From an uncultured delta proteobacterium (GTDB lineage: Bacteria > Desulfobacterota > Desulfobacteria > Desulfobacterales > Desulfatirhabdiaceae), in contig CAWBKP010000010.1 of the NCBI GenBank assembly GCA_963789395.1, forward strand, positions 109,721 through 173,720: a stretch of 64,000 bases of DNA, read 5' to 3'. The position numbers and the translations under genes are program-made. Shown here piece by piece: positions 37,262 through 48,438 of the stretch (the first letter of the stretch is position 1; every line of letters starts with the position of its first letter). The notes beneath the pieces are model-generated. The model was not told where the DNA came from. It did no database searches and saw only the letters and a program-made list of their open reading frames with translations.

Positions 37262-39049
37262 ATGGAAAACGAAACAGATAACAATTCAGAACCAACAATT
37301 CAAACTCCGGCAGTTGTTCCAATGAACCAGGTGGACGCGTTTGATGATGCCCAGGAGGCATCTGAAGGCATGGAAAACCTGATGGAAATGTACGAGGAGA
37401 GCTTCAAACGCTTTGCCGAAGGCGAAGTGGTTACCGGTCGCATCATTTCTGTAGACAAAGACCATGTACTGGTGGATATCGGATACAAATCCGAAGGCCA
37501 GATCCGGATTCACGAATTCCGGGATGAGAATGGGGATATCGTCGTCAAGACCGGTGACTCGGTTGAAGTCATGGTGGAATGGTGGGACGATGAAAACGAA
37601 GTCGTCATTCTTTCCAAGGAAAAAGCCGCCAAGGTCAAAGTCTGGGACGATATTAAAAAGGCCCATGACAATGACGAGGTGATACAGGGTATTATTCTGG
37701 CACGCGTTAAAGGCGGTTTTTCCGTGGATGTCGGTGTCCAGGCATTTTTGCCCGGATCTCAGGCGGATCTGCGCCCGATTCGCAATCTGGATGAAATGGT
37801 TGGCAAGACTTTCAATTTCAAAGTTTTGAAATACAACAGAAAACGCAGCAATATTGTGCTATCCAGACGCGCCCTGCTCGAACAGGAAAGGGAAACCAAG
37901 CGCACCGCTACATTGACCACCATCCATGAAGGTAAAGTCCTGAGCGGCACCGTAAAAAATCTTACCGAATATGGGGTTTTTGTCGACTTGGGCGGCGTTG
38001 ACGGCCTGCTACACATTACCGATATTTCGTGGGGCCGGGTCAAACATCCGTCCGAACTCTTTAAAGTCGGAGATGAAATTACCGTCAAGGTACTGAATCT
38101 GGATGTCGAAAAAGAACGCGTCTCCCTGGGCATGAAACAATTGACACAGGATCCGTGGATTTCCGCTGTTGAAAAATATCCGGTCGGTGCCCGCATCTCC
38201 GGAAAAGTGGTCAGCCTTACCGATTATGGCGCATTCGTTGAGCTTGAAGAAGGCATTGAAGGCCTGATTCACGTTTCTGAAATGTCCTGGACACGGAAAG
38301 TGCGACATCCTTCCAAGATTGTCTCCATCGGCGACATGGTGGAAGCGGTTGTACTGGATATCAAGCCGGAGAATCGCCGGATTTCGCTGGGAATGAAGCA
38401 GATCGCCCCCAACCCCTGGGATGTGATCAGTGAAAAATACCCGGTCGGCACCACCATCGAAGGCAAGATCAAGAACATCACGGATTTTGGCATTTTCATT
38501 GGAATTGACGAAGGCATTGACGGTCTGGTTCATATTTCGGATATTTCCTGGACAAAACGCATCAAGCACCCCTCGGAAATCTATAAAAAAGGGGATGTGA
38601 TTCAAGCCATTGTTCTGGATATCGAAAAAGACAACGAACGATTTTCTCTGGGCATCAAGCAGCTTCAGCCGGACCCGTGGAAAACCGTGGCGCAGCGGTA
38701 TGAAGTCGGCAAGATCATTACCGGCACCGTCACCAACCTGACCGATTTCGGCATTTTTGTCGAACTTGAGGAAGGCATTGAGGGACTGGTTCATGTTTCT
38801 GAAATCAGCAAGGAAAAAATCAAGACCCCTGTCGGCAAATTCAATATCAACGACGTCATTACGGCGCGGGTGATGAACATCAACAGCGATGAAAGACGAA
38901 TCGGACTTTCCATCAAACGTCTGGAAGTTGAAGATGAACAGGCGCTCCTGTCCGAATATGTCAACAGCATGAAACCCGGGCCCTCTACTTTCGGGGAGCT
39001 TCTCAAGGAAAATCTCCAGGAAAAGCTGGGCAACGACTCCAACCAGTAA
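37262..39049 (+). CDS. rpsA: 30S ribosomal protein S1
   Basis: Six S1 repeats; follows cmk. Confidence 0.98.
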   Translation: MENETDNNSEPTIQTPAVVPMNQVDAFDDAQEASEGMENLMEMYEESFKRFAEGEVVTGRIISVDKDHVLVDIGYKSEGQIRIHEFRDENGDIVVKTGDSVEVMVEWWDDENEVVILSKEKAAKVKVWDDIKKAHDNDEVIQGIILARVKGGFSVDVGVQAFLPGSQADLRPIRNLDEMVGKTFNFKVLKYNRKRSNIVLSRRALLEQERETKRTATLTTIHEGKVLSGTVKNLTEYGVFVDLGGVDGLLHITDISWGRVKHPSELFKVGDEITVKVLNLDVEKERVSLGMKQLTQDPWISAVEKYPVGARISGKVVSLTDYGAFVELEEGIEGLIHVSEMSWTRKVRHPSKIVSIGDMVEAVVLDIKPENRRISLGMKQIAPNPWDVISEKYPVGTTIEGKIKNITDFGIFIGIDEGIDGLVHISDISWTKRIKHPSEIYKKGDVIQAIVLDIEKDNERFSLGIKQLQPDPWKTVAQRYEVGKIITGTVTNLTDFGIFVELEEGIEGLVHVSEISKEKIKTPVGKFNINDVITARVMNINSDERRIGLSIKRLEVEDEQALLSEYVNSMKPGPSTFGELLKENLQEKLGNDSNQ

Positions 39050-39069
39050 GGTTTTTGTTATAAAATCGA

Positions 39070-39119
39070 GCAAACGTTTTTCCTTTCCCTTTGAAAAAAA
39101 GGGAAGGAAAAACGCTTGC
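39070..39119 (+). terminator. Stem-loop after rpsA
   Basis: gcaaacgtttttcctttccct...agggaaggaaaaacgcttgc. Confidence 0.5.
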
Positions 39120-39261
39120 ATATTCACCCGTTCACAATTGTTTTTCGAGGGCGCGGAGAAACCTTCTTCAGGCCCTGGCGATTCTGCCAAATTTCAGTCC
39201 TGCCGTTTTGTAGAATTTCGCCCCCGAATTGAGTCCTTCACCTTTTTATTGGAATCATATC

Positions 39262-40158
39262 ATGTTCTCCAGAAGACATCCCTACCTGCATTTTCTGCTC
39301 ATTTTTTCCGCCATCGTCTCGGTTTCGGCCATTGCGATCTCGCTGTTTATTATGATGGGAATTAAATACTCAGCCCAGGACATCGATACGTCAGATGCAG
39401 AAGAAAAAGTCGGGGTCATCGAAGTCAAAGGCCTTATTTCCGATCCCCAGGAAATCGTTCAGGACATCCGCCGGTATCGCGAAGACAGCTCCATTAAGGC
39501 CATCGTTCTTCGGATAGACTCTCCCGGAGGAGGCGTCGGCCCTTCACAGGAAATAACCAGAGAAATTCAGCGAACGCTTCAGGAGAAGAAAATTGTCGCG
39601 TCTCTAGGCGCCGTGGCTGCTTCCGGCGGATATTATATTGCATCCGCAGCCACTGGCATTGTCGCCAATCCGGGGACGATAACCGGCAGCATCGGTGTAA
39701 TAATGGGATATGCGGACATTCAGGAGCTTCTCCAGAAAATCGGCATCACGCCGATTGTTATCAAAAGCGGACAGTACAAGGATACCGGCTCTCCTGTCCG
39801 TCCCATTACAGATGCTGAAAAAGCCATTCTTCAGAGCTTTTCGGATCAGGTTCATCGTCAGTTTATTACAGCAGTTGCAGAAGGAAGGCATCTTGAATAC
39901 GAGAAGGTGGCATCCGTAGCCGACGGCCGGATATTGTCCGGTGAAAGTGCGCTTGCAGTGGGACTGGTGGACCGGCTTGGGAATCTGGAAGACGCCATTG
40001 CGTGGGCAGGCCAATTAGGGGGAATCACCGGCAAGATTTCCGCAGTTTATGCAAGTGAAAGAAAACATACATTTTTCAGGCGGCTGGTTGAATCATCGCT
40101 TCATGAAATCGTAAGCCAACTGTCTGTTTATCATCTATTTGCCGGGTATGTACTCTGA
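39262..40158 (+). CDS. sppA: Signal peptide peptidase SppA (S49)
   Basis: LRIDSPGG, AASGGYY, TGSIGV, KSG.YKD. Confidence 0.93.
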   Translation: MFSRRHPYLHFLLIFSAIVSVSAIAISLFIMMGIKYSAQDIDTSDAEEKVGVIEVKGLISDPQEIVQDIRRYREDSSIKAIVLRIDSPGGGVGPSQEITREIQRTLQEKKIVASLGAVAASGGYYIASAATGIVANPGTITGSIGVIMGYADIQELLQKIGITPIVIKSGQYKDTGSPVRPITDAEKAILQSFSDQVHRQFITAVAEGRHLEYEKVASVADGRILSGESALAVGLVDRLGNLEDAIAWAGQLGGITGKISAVYASERKHTFFRRLVESSLHEIVSQLSVYHLFAGYVL

Positions 40159-40285
40159 TCTTCCCCTTTGAGAAAAGATAAAGAGACTCTGGTGGCAGTT
40201 TTGTAGCCGGTGCACTGTCCCCTTCATTTTTTTCAGAGAGAAACAGTGCTCTTCTTGCCGGATTGCGGCTTTATGGGCATGGCTG

Positions 40286-41515
40286 TCAGTTGAATATTCT
40301 TGAAAAGAATCCGCGCTTGGGCACATCTACCGGAGAAACCAGCTCAACCTTTCCCACCACTTCATTGTTAAAGCTGATCACCATCTCTCCCATCCGCTGG
40401 CCCTGCTTGATCTCCCCCTTGACCTGTTCGGGGAGCTCCAGTTTCTTGGTAAGCAGCTTTTTCTTATCACGGGCAAGTGGATAGGAAAAACCGGAGGCTG
40501 CCACCGGCTTTAGCGTTTTTTGCTTCCCGTCAGGCAGCGCAACTTCTTTATCAATAATGTCTCCCTGCTTGATCACGGATACCATTTCGTATTGGCCGAA
40601 GGCTTTTTTCAGTTTCTCGTCAACAATGCCATCGCGGATTTTAGCCGCAGGACTGCCCATGACCACGGCGATCATACGCAGATCGTTTCGCTTGGCCGTC
40701 GCCACGATGCTGTAGCCGGCTTCGCGGTAAAATCCGGTCTTAAGCCCATCCATGCCGGAAAAACGATTCATCAGATTGTTGTGGTTCCGCATGATGAGGG
40801 TGCCGTCACGGAAAGGCTCGGTTTTCAGGGAAGTCCACGCCAATAATTGGGGATACTGAACCAGTTCCCTGGCCAGAATAGCCAGATCGGATGGTGAGGA
40901 TACATCCGCTTCCTGGTCCTTGGAAGGCGGCAGGCCGTGCATGGAGTGAAACTGCGAATCAACCATATTCAGTTTCGCGGCCTTTTCATTCATCATATCC
41001 ACAAACGCGTTTCGGCTGCCTCCAATAAACTCCGCCACGGCATAAGCCGCATCATTGGCCGAGGCAACCATGACAGCCCGCATCATCTCGTCAAGAGAAA
41101 AAACCTCGCCGGGCTTAAGGTATACCTGGCTGCCGCCCATGGCCGAAGCCTCCGGCGAAACAGTCACCTTATCGTCAAGCTTAACCTGCCCGCTTTTCAG
41201 TTTATCCAGAACCACGGAGGCAAGCATCAGCTTGGTGATACTTGCGGGCCGACATTTCTGGTGTACATTATCGCCTTCGATCACCATACCGGTTTCAGCC
41301 TCGACGACGATAAATGCCTTGTAAGGCTCGATTTTCTCCGGCGGCGTTATTTGTTTGACGACCTGGGGCTTCACGGGTGGCTTTGCAGTGGGTTTTGCCG
41401 GCAAGGCCTGTTTAGCTGGGGAAGTCCTGGCCTCTTTTTTACGCGGTGCGTCTTTGGCCCAAACCGGGCAAGCCAGAAACGATACAACGAGCAAAGCGGC
41501 AAACCAATTTTTCAT
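40286..41515 (-). CDS. D-alanyl-D-alanine carboxypeptidase (peptidase S11)
   Basis: SxxK (PASITK), SxN (SAND), KTG motifs; signal peptide. Confidence 0.93.
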   Translation of the reverse strand: MKNWFAALLVVSFLACPVWAKDAPRKKEARTSPAKQALPAKPTAKPPVKPQVVKQITPPEKIEPYKAFIVVEAETGMVIEGDNVHQKCRPASITKLMLASVVLDKLKSGQVKLDDKVTVSPEASAMGGSQVYLKPGEVFSLDEMMRAVMVASANDAAYAVAEFIGGSRNAFVDMMNEKAAKLNMVDSQFHSMHGLPPSKDQEADVSSPSDLAILARELVQYPQLLAWTSLKTEPFRDGTLIMRNHNNLMNRFSGMDGLKTGFYREAGYSIVATAKRNDLRMIAVVMGSPAAKIRDGIVDEKLKKAFGQYEMVSVIKQGDIIDKEVALPDGKQKTLKPVAASGFSYPLARDKKKLLTKKLELPEQVKGEIKQGQRMGEMVISFNNEVVGKVELVSPVDVPKRGFFSRIFN

Positions 41516-41967
41516 GACAATGGCCTCCTGATTAATAATGATTCCAATCATAAGATATGTACATATTGAGAGTCAAGCAGATTTCGACCACTAAATGTAG
41601 TAGTATGCCAATATCTTTGCTGACAAAAGTCAATTCCCGGTTCGGCTTCGTAGGCATCCTGAATAAAAGGCGTAGAAAGGATCCCGTTCCAGGTGCAAAG
41701 CAATGCAGTACCATTCAACGCGCTGCGCGGAGATTCGGTAAAATTGAAAGGAGCCGGTACAGAGAAGATGGTGCATCTTTAAACGACAACCGATTCGACT
41801 GGATTGGTCAAATGCATGGCATGACTTGCGAAATCTGGGGGGGTATTGATGATCTGCAGGACTGCAATCCGCAGTTGGGGCTTAATAGAAAACAAGCTTG
41901 GGGCGGGGTACCCCAAATAACGGGAATAAGCTTGTTTGATAAAACTTTGCATGGGATGGAAGTCTTG

Positions 41968-42044
41968 TGGTCGGGACGACTGGATTTGAACCAGCGACCC
42001 CAGCGTCCCGAACGCTGTGCTCTACCAGGCTGAGCCACGTCCCG
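41968..42044 (-). tRNA. tRNA-Pro (CGG)
   Basis: CGGGACG acceptor stem, anticodon arm CAGCG-TT-CGG-GA-CGCTG, GGTTCAAATCC, CCA end. Confidence 0.95.
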
Positions 42045-42189
42045 ACTCATCTGCCTTTTTTATGACAGCAGCGCCCAATTGTCAATCAAAAATACATGAA
42101 ATCCGAACCATAAAACATTCTTCCCTTGAAAGAATCCATTCTTTCGCCCTCTCCCCTGTATAAAGAAGGAGCAGCGGTTCACTTATCGA

Positions 42190-43539
<1,350 letters not shown>

Positions 43540-43580
43540 TTACGGGTTGGCAATCTCGAAAAACCAAGGAATGCACCAAA

Positions 43581-44078
43581 CTAAACGTTTTGATGAGATC
43601 TCCTGTCTCTGAAAAAGCGTTGGAGAATCTCTCTGCATTCGATTTCACAAACACCGGGAATGACATCCAGGCTGTGATTCAGGCGCTTGTCGGCCGAAAA
43701 ATCATACAAAGTTCCGGCAGCGCCCCATTTGGGATCTCTGGCGCCGTAGACAAGCCGACTGACCCGTGCGTGAATGATTGCCCCCATACACATTATACAG
43801 GGTTCTACCGTAACATACAGCGTGGTGTTTAACAATCGGTAATTCTGAATCTTTTTGGCTGCATGGCGAAGCGCAAGTATTTCAGCATGCGCCGTCGGGT
43901 CTGACAAAAAAATGGTCTGATTATGCGTTGACGCCAGCACGGATCCGGATTCCGAAATCAATACAGCGCCCACAGGCACTTCTTCTTCCTGAAAAGCCGC
44001 TGCTGCCTCGGAAATCGCCAGATTCATCAGAATGATGTCAGCATTTGTAGGATCAGTCACTTCTTTTTGAAATGGCAT
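43581..44078 (-). CDS. tadA: tRNA adenosine(34) deaminase
   Basis: EVPVGAV, DPTAHAE, NYRL, EPC.MC.GA. Confidence 0.92.
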   Translation of the reverse strand: MPFQKEVTDPTNADIILMNLAISEAAAAFQEEEVPVGAVLISESGSVLASTHNQTIFLSDPTAHAEILALRHAAKKIQNYRLLNTTLYVTVEPCIMCMGAIIHARVSRLVYGARDPKWGAAGTLYDFSADKRLNHSLDVIPGVCEIECREILQRFFRDRRSHQNV

Positions 44079-44149
44079 CTTGGCATAAAACCCCGGTCAG
44101 GTTATCATTGACATTATTGTCTGATTGGCCTATAAATATAAAATAATTT

Positions 44150-44226
44150 GCGCCCGTAGCTCAGCTGGATAGAGTACCGGACTACGAATCCGTCGGTCGA
44201 ACGTTCGAATCGTTTCGGGCGCGCCA
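44150..44226 (+). tRNA. tRNA-Arg (ACG)
   Basis: GCGCCCG acceptor stem, CT-ACG-AA anticodon loop, GTTCGAATC, CCA end. Confidence 0.95.
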
Positions 44227-44234
44227 AAAATAAC

Positions 44235-44266
44235 AAGGGGTTAGATCCAATCGTAACCCCTTTTTT
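44235..44266 (+). terminator. Terminator after tRNA-Arg
   Basis: aaggggtta-gatccaatcg-taacccctt followed by Ts. Confidence 0.75.
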
Positions 44267-44746
44267 CGTCAAATGGGTACAAAATATGGGTAAAAACTTT
44301 TCTAAATATGTTAGCATAATAAGATTTTCAAGGTCAACGTTTACAATTTTAAAATAATCAAGCGGTTGCTATATCACCCCAAAATCACCCTACCATTTGT
44401 ATAACATATCGTATTTATGGTATATACCGCCCCAACCCAATCAATTTCAGCATGATTTGTCATTTGACAATCATTTAACTCTCAAACTCCTACTTCCAAA
44501 GTTTTGTGGCGTTTTCCGACTTTTTTGCGGGATTTTTTAAATGGAGCGTCAGATAAAACAACAATTAATCCGGCACTCATAGAAGTGCCAATAAAATATT
44601 CCAGCCTGTTATGAGATTTCCGGAGAAATCATCACGTCTTTCCTTTATATTCTTCTTCACGCAACGTTCATCCATGATTTCATAAAGTTATAAATGCCGT
44701 CCATTGTGGAAATGGCAGGATCTCCGGATATTGTCAAGTCATTGTA

Positions 44747-44917
44747 ATGCCCACTGATACTTTCAGGTATCGAATGCGAAAGGGATGGTATGCAGAACCG
44801 GGGAGAGTTGGGAATAGGAGGAGATTCACCGATGAGCAGATAAAGACTATCTTGAAGATCACAACCGATATCTCGAAAAGCATCAATTGTTTGACAGGCG
44901 TGGCAGTTTTATCATAG
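44747..44917 (+). CDS. Small MerR/excisionase-like winged-HTH ORF, possibly 5'-degraded (not in ORF track)
   Basis: 56 aa: MPTDTFRYRMRKGWYAEPGRVGNRRRFTDEQIKTILKIT...; DT.RY...G...P.R.G..R.F pattern. Confidence 0.5.
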   Translation: MPTDTFRYRMRKGWYAEPGRVGNRRRFTDEQIKTILKITTDISKSINCLTGVAVLS

Positions 44918-44971
44918 TGTATTTTGGGGCTGTTCTTGAAATATTGATGCCGGGATCGTGGGTACTGGAGA

Positions 44972-45035
44972 GTGAATGACACCAGAAATAAGCACGAATA
45001 AAAATCCGGAAATAAAGACTCATGCTTATATGCAA
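44972..45035 (+). repeat. Island repeat copy R1
   Basis: 53/64 identical to 60683-60746 by manual ungapped alignment. Confidence 0.8.
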
Positions 45036-45201
45036 AGAATGTGTGCCACGAGCACATTGTTTTATGATGTGCGCGTAGCTGCGTAAGAGATGAGGGGAGC
45101 AGAGACAATGATTTAATCATTTTTTACATTTTCCTGTGATTCCAAATACAACTTTAAACTTTGAGATTCATACCAAACCGAATAAATAAGGAAGAGACCA
45201 A

Positions 45202-45858
45202 ATGCTGAAACTTGGAGAAAAAGGAGCCATCCCTCAAAAAGATAGGTCCACCTATGCCATTGCCCCCCATATCCCATGCGGAGTGGTGACCCCGGATTTA
45301 TTGAGAAAACTTGCTTACATCGCGGAGAAATATAAGGTCCAGGCAATGAAAATCACCGGTGCAACCAGAATCGCCCTCGTTGGCGTGAAGGAAGAAGATA
45401 TAGATAACATATGGGATGAACTGGGGATGGAGAAGGGCGCGGCTGTGGGCCTTTGCGTGCGCAGCATCAGGTCATGTCCGGGAACCACCTTTTGTTCCAT
45501 GGGTAAACAGGACGCTTTGGGCATGGGGATGAAACTGGATGTCCTTTATCATGCCACCCAATTACCGGGGAAATTCAAGATGGCAGTTTCAGGTTGCAGA
45601 ATTAACTGTGCCGAGTCTTCGGTGCGTGACTTTGGTCTGATAGGAGAAGCAGATGGCTGGAAGGTTGTCGTGGGTGGAAATGTAGGCGTCAGCCCCAGAA
45701 TAGCAGACGAGATTGACAAGGGCCTCGATGACGAACAGGCCTTGGATTGTGCCAAAAAAGTGATTGCCTATTACGCGGAGAATGCCACCAAAGGTGAACG
45801 GCTCGGGAAAATGATAGGCAGAGTTGGCCTCGATGCTTTGAAGGCTGCATTGAGATGA
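45202..45858 (+). CDS. Small nitrite/sulfite reductase-like 4Fe-4S domain protein
   Basis: KITGATRI, RSCPGTTFC, KFKMAVSGC..NC.E...RD.G.IG. Confidence 0.85.
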   Translation: MLKLGEKGAIPQKDRSTYAIAPHIPCGVVTPDLLRKLAYIAEKYKVQAMKITGATRIALVGVKEEDIDNIWDELGMEKGAAVGLCVRSIRSCPGTTFCSMGKQDALGMGMKLDVLYHATQLPGKFKMAVSGCRINCAESSVRDFGLIGEADGWKVVVGGNVGVSPRIADEIDKGLDDEQALDCAKKVIAYYAENATKGERLGKMIGRVGLDALKAALR

Positions 45859-45983
45859 TTAGAATGACTTAACGCATCAAAAGAATAAGTCTATTGCAAG
45901 GATGGGTGTCGTAAACCGGTTGCTTTGGTTCAGCTTCCGCACTCAGGCAAACAGAAATATGGGAGTTGTGGCTCGTAGTCGGA

Positions 45984-46005
45984 CCATGCTAAACAGCGAT
46001 GAGCC
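45984..46005 (+). repeat. Orphan ISL3-type terminal inverted repeat
   Basis: gctaaacagcgatgagcc is identical to the right end of the 47370-47565 MITE. Confidence 0.65.
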
Positions 46006-46101
46006 TATTTGTTTTTTTAATTCCTGGCAGTATTTCATGAAAGACAATTCACTTATTAATGGAGTAAATCGATAGAACTCAATCATTGTTAAGGAGAATT
46101 T

Positions 46102-46548
46102 ATGAAAAAAGTGCTGGTAGCCTATGTGAGTAGAACCGGGAAAACAGAGAAAATGGCGGAGTTTATTGCTGAAGGAATCCGCTTCAGCGGAAACGAGGCA
46201 ATATTGAAAAAAGTTTCGGAAATCAAGAGTGCAAAAGATCTGGCAGGATATGACGGGTATGCGTTTGGATGTCCCACTTATCATAAAGATATGACAGCGG
46301 GGATGAAAACCTTTTTGTTCCTGGCTGAAAAAGCCAACCTTCTTGGAAAGATGGGTGGCGCATTCGGCTCTCACACCCACAGCGGAGAATCCGCACCCAT
46401 GATCTTTGATACCATGCTTTACGTGTTCAAGATGGATATGGTGGATCTCGGACCTCTTAATCTCAGGGAGGCGATGGTAGGCTCTCAGGAGGGAAGTAAG
46501 GCCTGCCAGGATTACGGAAAAGCCCTGGGAGCCAAGCTCGTTCGGTAA
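46102..46548 (+). CDS. Flavodoxin-domain protein
   Basis: YVSRTGKTEKMA, FGCPTYH, GAFGS. Confidence 0.9.
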   Translation: MKKVLVAYVSRTGKTEKMAEFIAEGIRFSGNEAILKKVSEIKSAKDLAGYDGYAFGCPTYHKDMTAGMKTFLFLAEKANLLGKMGGAFGSHTHSGESAPMIFDTMLYVFKMDMVDLGPLNLREAMVGSQEGSKACQDYGKALGAKLVR

Positions 46549-46758
46549 ACAACTATTGGGGGCGTCGAGCACGACGGCGCCTTTCATCCGCGTTTATCTA
46601 TTCCGAGGTTCCAGGGTTTGCCGGGCTTTCAAGTTTTTTATCAGACATATCTGGGCGTGTTTTGGTCTTTTCAGAGTAGTATCTGTTTTTCTCGTGTCCA
46701 TTTTTCTTAACATGGCAGAACCGCTTGGAACTAAACAAATCACTTTGGAGGGAGAAAG

Positions 46759-47280
46759 ATGAGTCAAAAAATGGATCTTAAGGTATTCAGGGATTTGAGC
46801 TATGGGCTATACATCGTTACATCTCGAAACGGTGACAGATTGAATGGCCAGATCATCAATACTGCCATTCAGGTGACATCAGATCCAGCACGCGTGGCCG
46901 TAATCATCAACAAGAAAAACCTCACCCATGAATTTATCGACAAAAGCAAGGTGTTTGCCTTATCCGTGCTCGTTGAAACAACGCCAATGACGTTTATTGG
47001 GCTGTTCGGGTTTAAATCGGGTAGAGACATCGACAAGCTGTCCAAGACTCAGTTCAAGGAAGGCGTTACGAAATGTCCTCTGGTGACTGAGCATTCTCTT
47101 TCTGTGCTGGAGGCAAAGGTCGTGGATCAGATTGACCTTGGCAGCCATACCATCTTCATCGGTGAAACCATCAGCTCAGAGGTCTTGCAAGATGGTCAAC
47201 CGATGACATATCAGTACTATCATCAGACTCTCAAGGGTAAGTCACCACCAGCCGCTCCCACTTTCCAAGCGGTGAAATGA
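46759..47280 (+). CDS. Flavin reductase-like FMN-binding protein
   Basis: SYGLYIVT, NGQIINT, NK.NLTH, FGFKSGRD.DK, G.HTIFIG. Confidence 0.9.
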   Translation: MSQKMDLKVFRDLSYGLYIVTSRNGDRLNGQIINTAIQVTSDPARVAVIINKKNLTHEFIDKSKVFALSVLVETTPMTFIGLFGFKSGRDIDKLSKTQFKEGVTKCPLVTEHSLSVLEAKVVDQIDLGSHTIFIGETISSEVLQDGQPMTYQYYHQTLKGKSPPAAPTFQAVK

Positions 47281-47369
47281 TCACTGCTGATTTTGAACGT
47301 ATAGTGGGTGGGCTCTTTGTCCTCCAAACCCATAAAAATGTGCGTCCAGTTAGAACTGGGCATTTTTTC

Positions 47370-47565
47370 GGCTCCTCGCTGTTTCGTGTCGCAAACCCTT
47401 ACGAAAATCCGATCTCAAGGATTTGTTATCCAAAGCACAATTATTCTCAGGCCGGTATTCTTATGAATACCACCCGTATCCCTTAATATGGCCGGACTTA
47501 TGATTATATATGCAAGTAAGCATGACATTTCAAAGTGGGCCACCCACGCTAAACAGCGATGAGCC
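47370..47565. mobile_element. 196-bp ISL3-derived MITE
   Basis: Terminal IRs ggctcctcgctgttt / aaacagcgatgagcc (14/15 match), flanked by direct repeat ttttttc (47363-47369 and 47566-47572). Confidence 0.8.
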
Positions 47566-48103
47566 TTTTTTCAGGTTATAGACGAGTTTCCGAGTCTGCT
47601 CTTACCTGCGGTCATGCAGATCTTTCATCGGGGATATATGAAAAACGGGATGGAGTGGTTAAGGCAGAATGTCGTTTCACTCCGGAACCCGCTCATGCTC
47701 CTCCAGAAACTCTATGGTCCCATCTGGATTCTTGCGTAACAGGGTCCACCGCGCCTTCAGTAAAGCTCAAATCTCATCCAAATTTTTAATCACACCTGTT
47801 GCCCATTGTCAGAAACACCTCAAGATTTGCCTCCTTTCGACCGATATTGAACGCATGGGGGTTGTCGTCAAACTTCCTGCCTGCCATGAGGTTTCACCCA
47901 AGGTTCACAACCAAATCCAGAAACGGCCGAAGAAAGCAGCCAACTGGGTAAGACGATGGGCTGAGATCAACATAAGCCTTTGCGAGGCAGATCCTGAGCA
48001 CATAGAAACGAATCTTGTTCAGGAAGCATCGGACTATGTCCATCAGTGGTTTTCCGAGCGAAACCGTACTGACCAATAAAATGAGGGGATTTTAGGACCA
48101 GGA

Positions 48104-48430
48104 ATGGATCAACCGGAGGTAGGTGCCGAAAGGCGGAGCAGGAGGGATAGACGGTCGAAGCGCTGGCCGGGGATTAAGTATTTTTTATTCGGTGGGCACC
48201 GCAAATCCACTCGCCGGGAAGGCGACCACAAGGAGTTAATTTACGTCGATCAATACCACCCCTGGCTATTGGTGGCTATTCTGCTGGTGGTGATCCTCAG
48301 CATTTCCGACGGACTTTTCACTCTTCATCTCATCGGGCGGGGCGCCTACGAAGTTAACCCCGTCATGGCCTGGTTCCTTAACCTTGGAACTTGGCCTTTC
48401 ATGATTGCCAAGTTTCTCTTTACGTGCAGC
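48104..48430 (+). pseudogene. DUF5658-like membrane protein truncated by IS3
   Basis: LS..DG.FTL.LI..GA.E.NP.M motif; its stop codon is the first TGA of the IS end. Confidence 0.7.
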
Positions 48431-48438
48431 TGACCTGG

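Noticed and set aside
41557..42050. ORFs 41557-42033 and 41808-42050
   Set aside because: They overlap tRNA-Pro and its terminator-like inverted repeat and have no protein motifs.
44239..44260. ccaat and cgtaac in the tRNA-Arg terminator, resembling the recombinase element junction
   Set aside because: Too short, and explained by the terminator stem; probably chance.
47669..48079. 136-aa ORF after the MITE
   Set aside because: No recognisable domain; the 3' half may be a real small gene but this cannot be supported from sequence alone.
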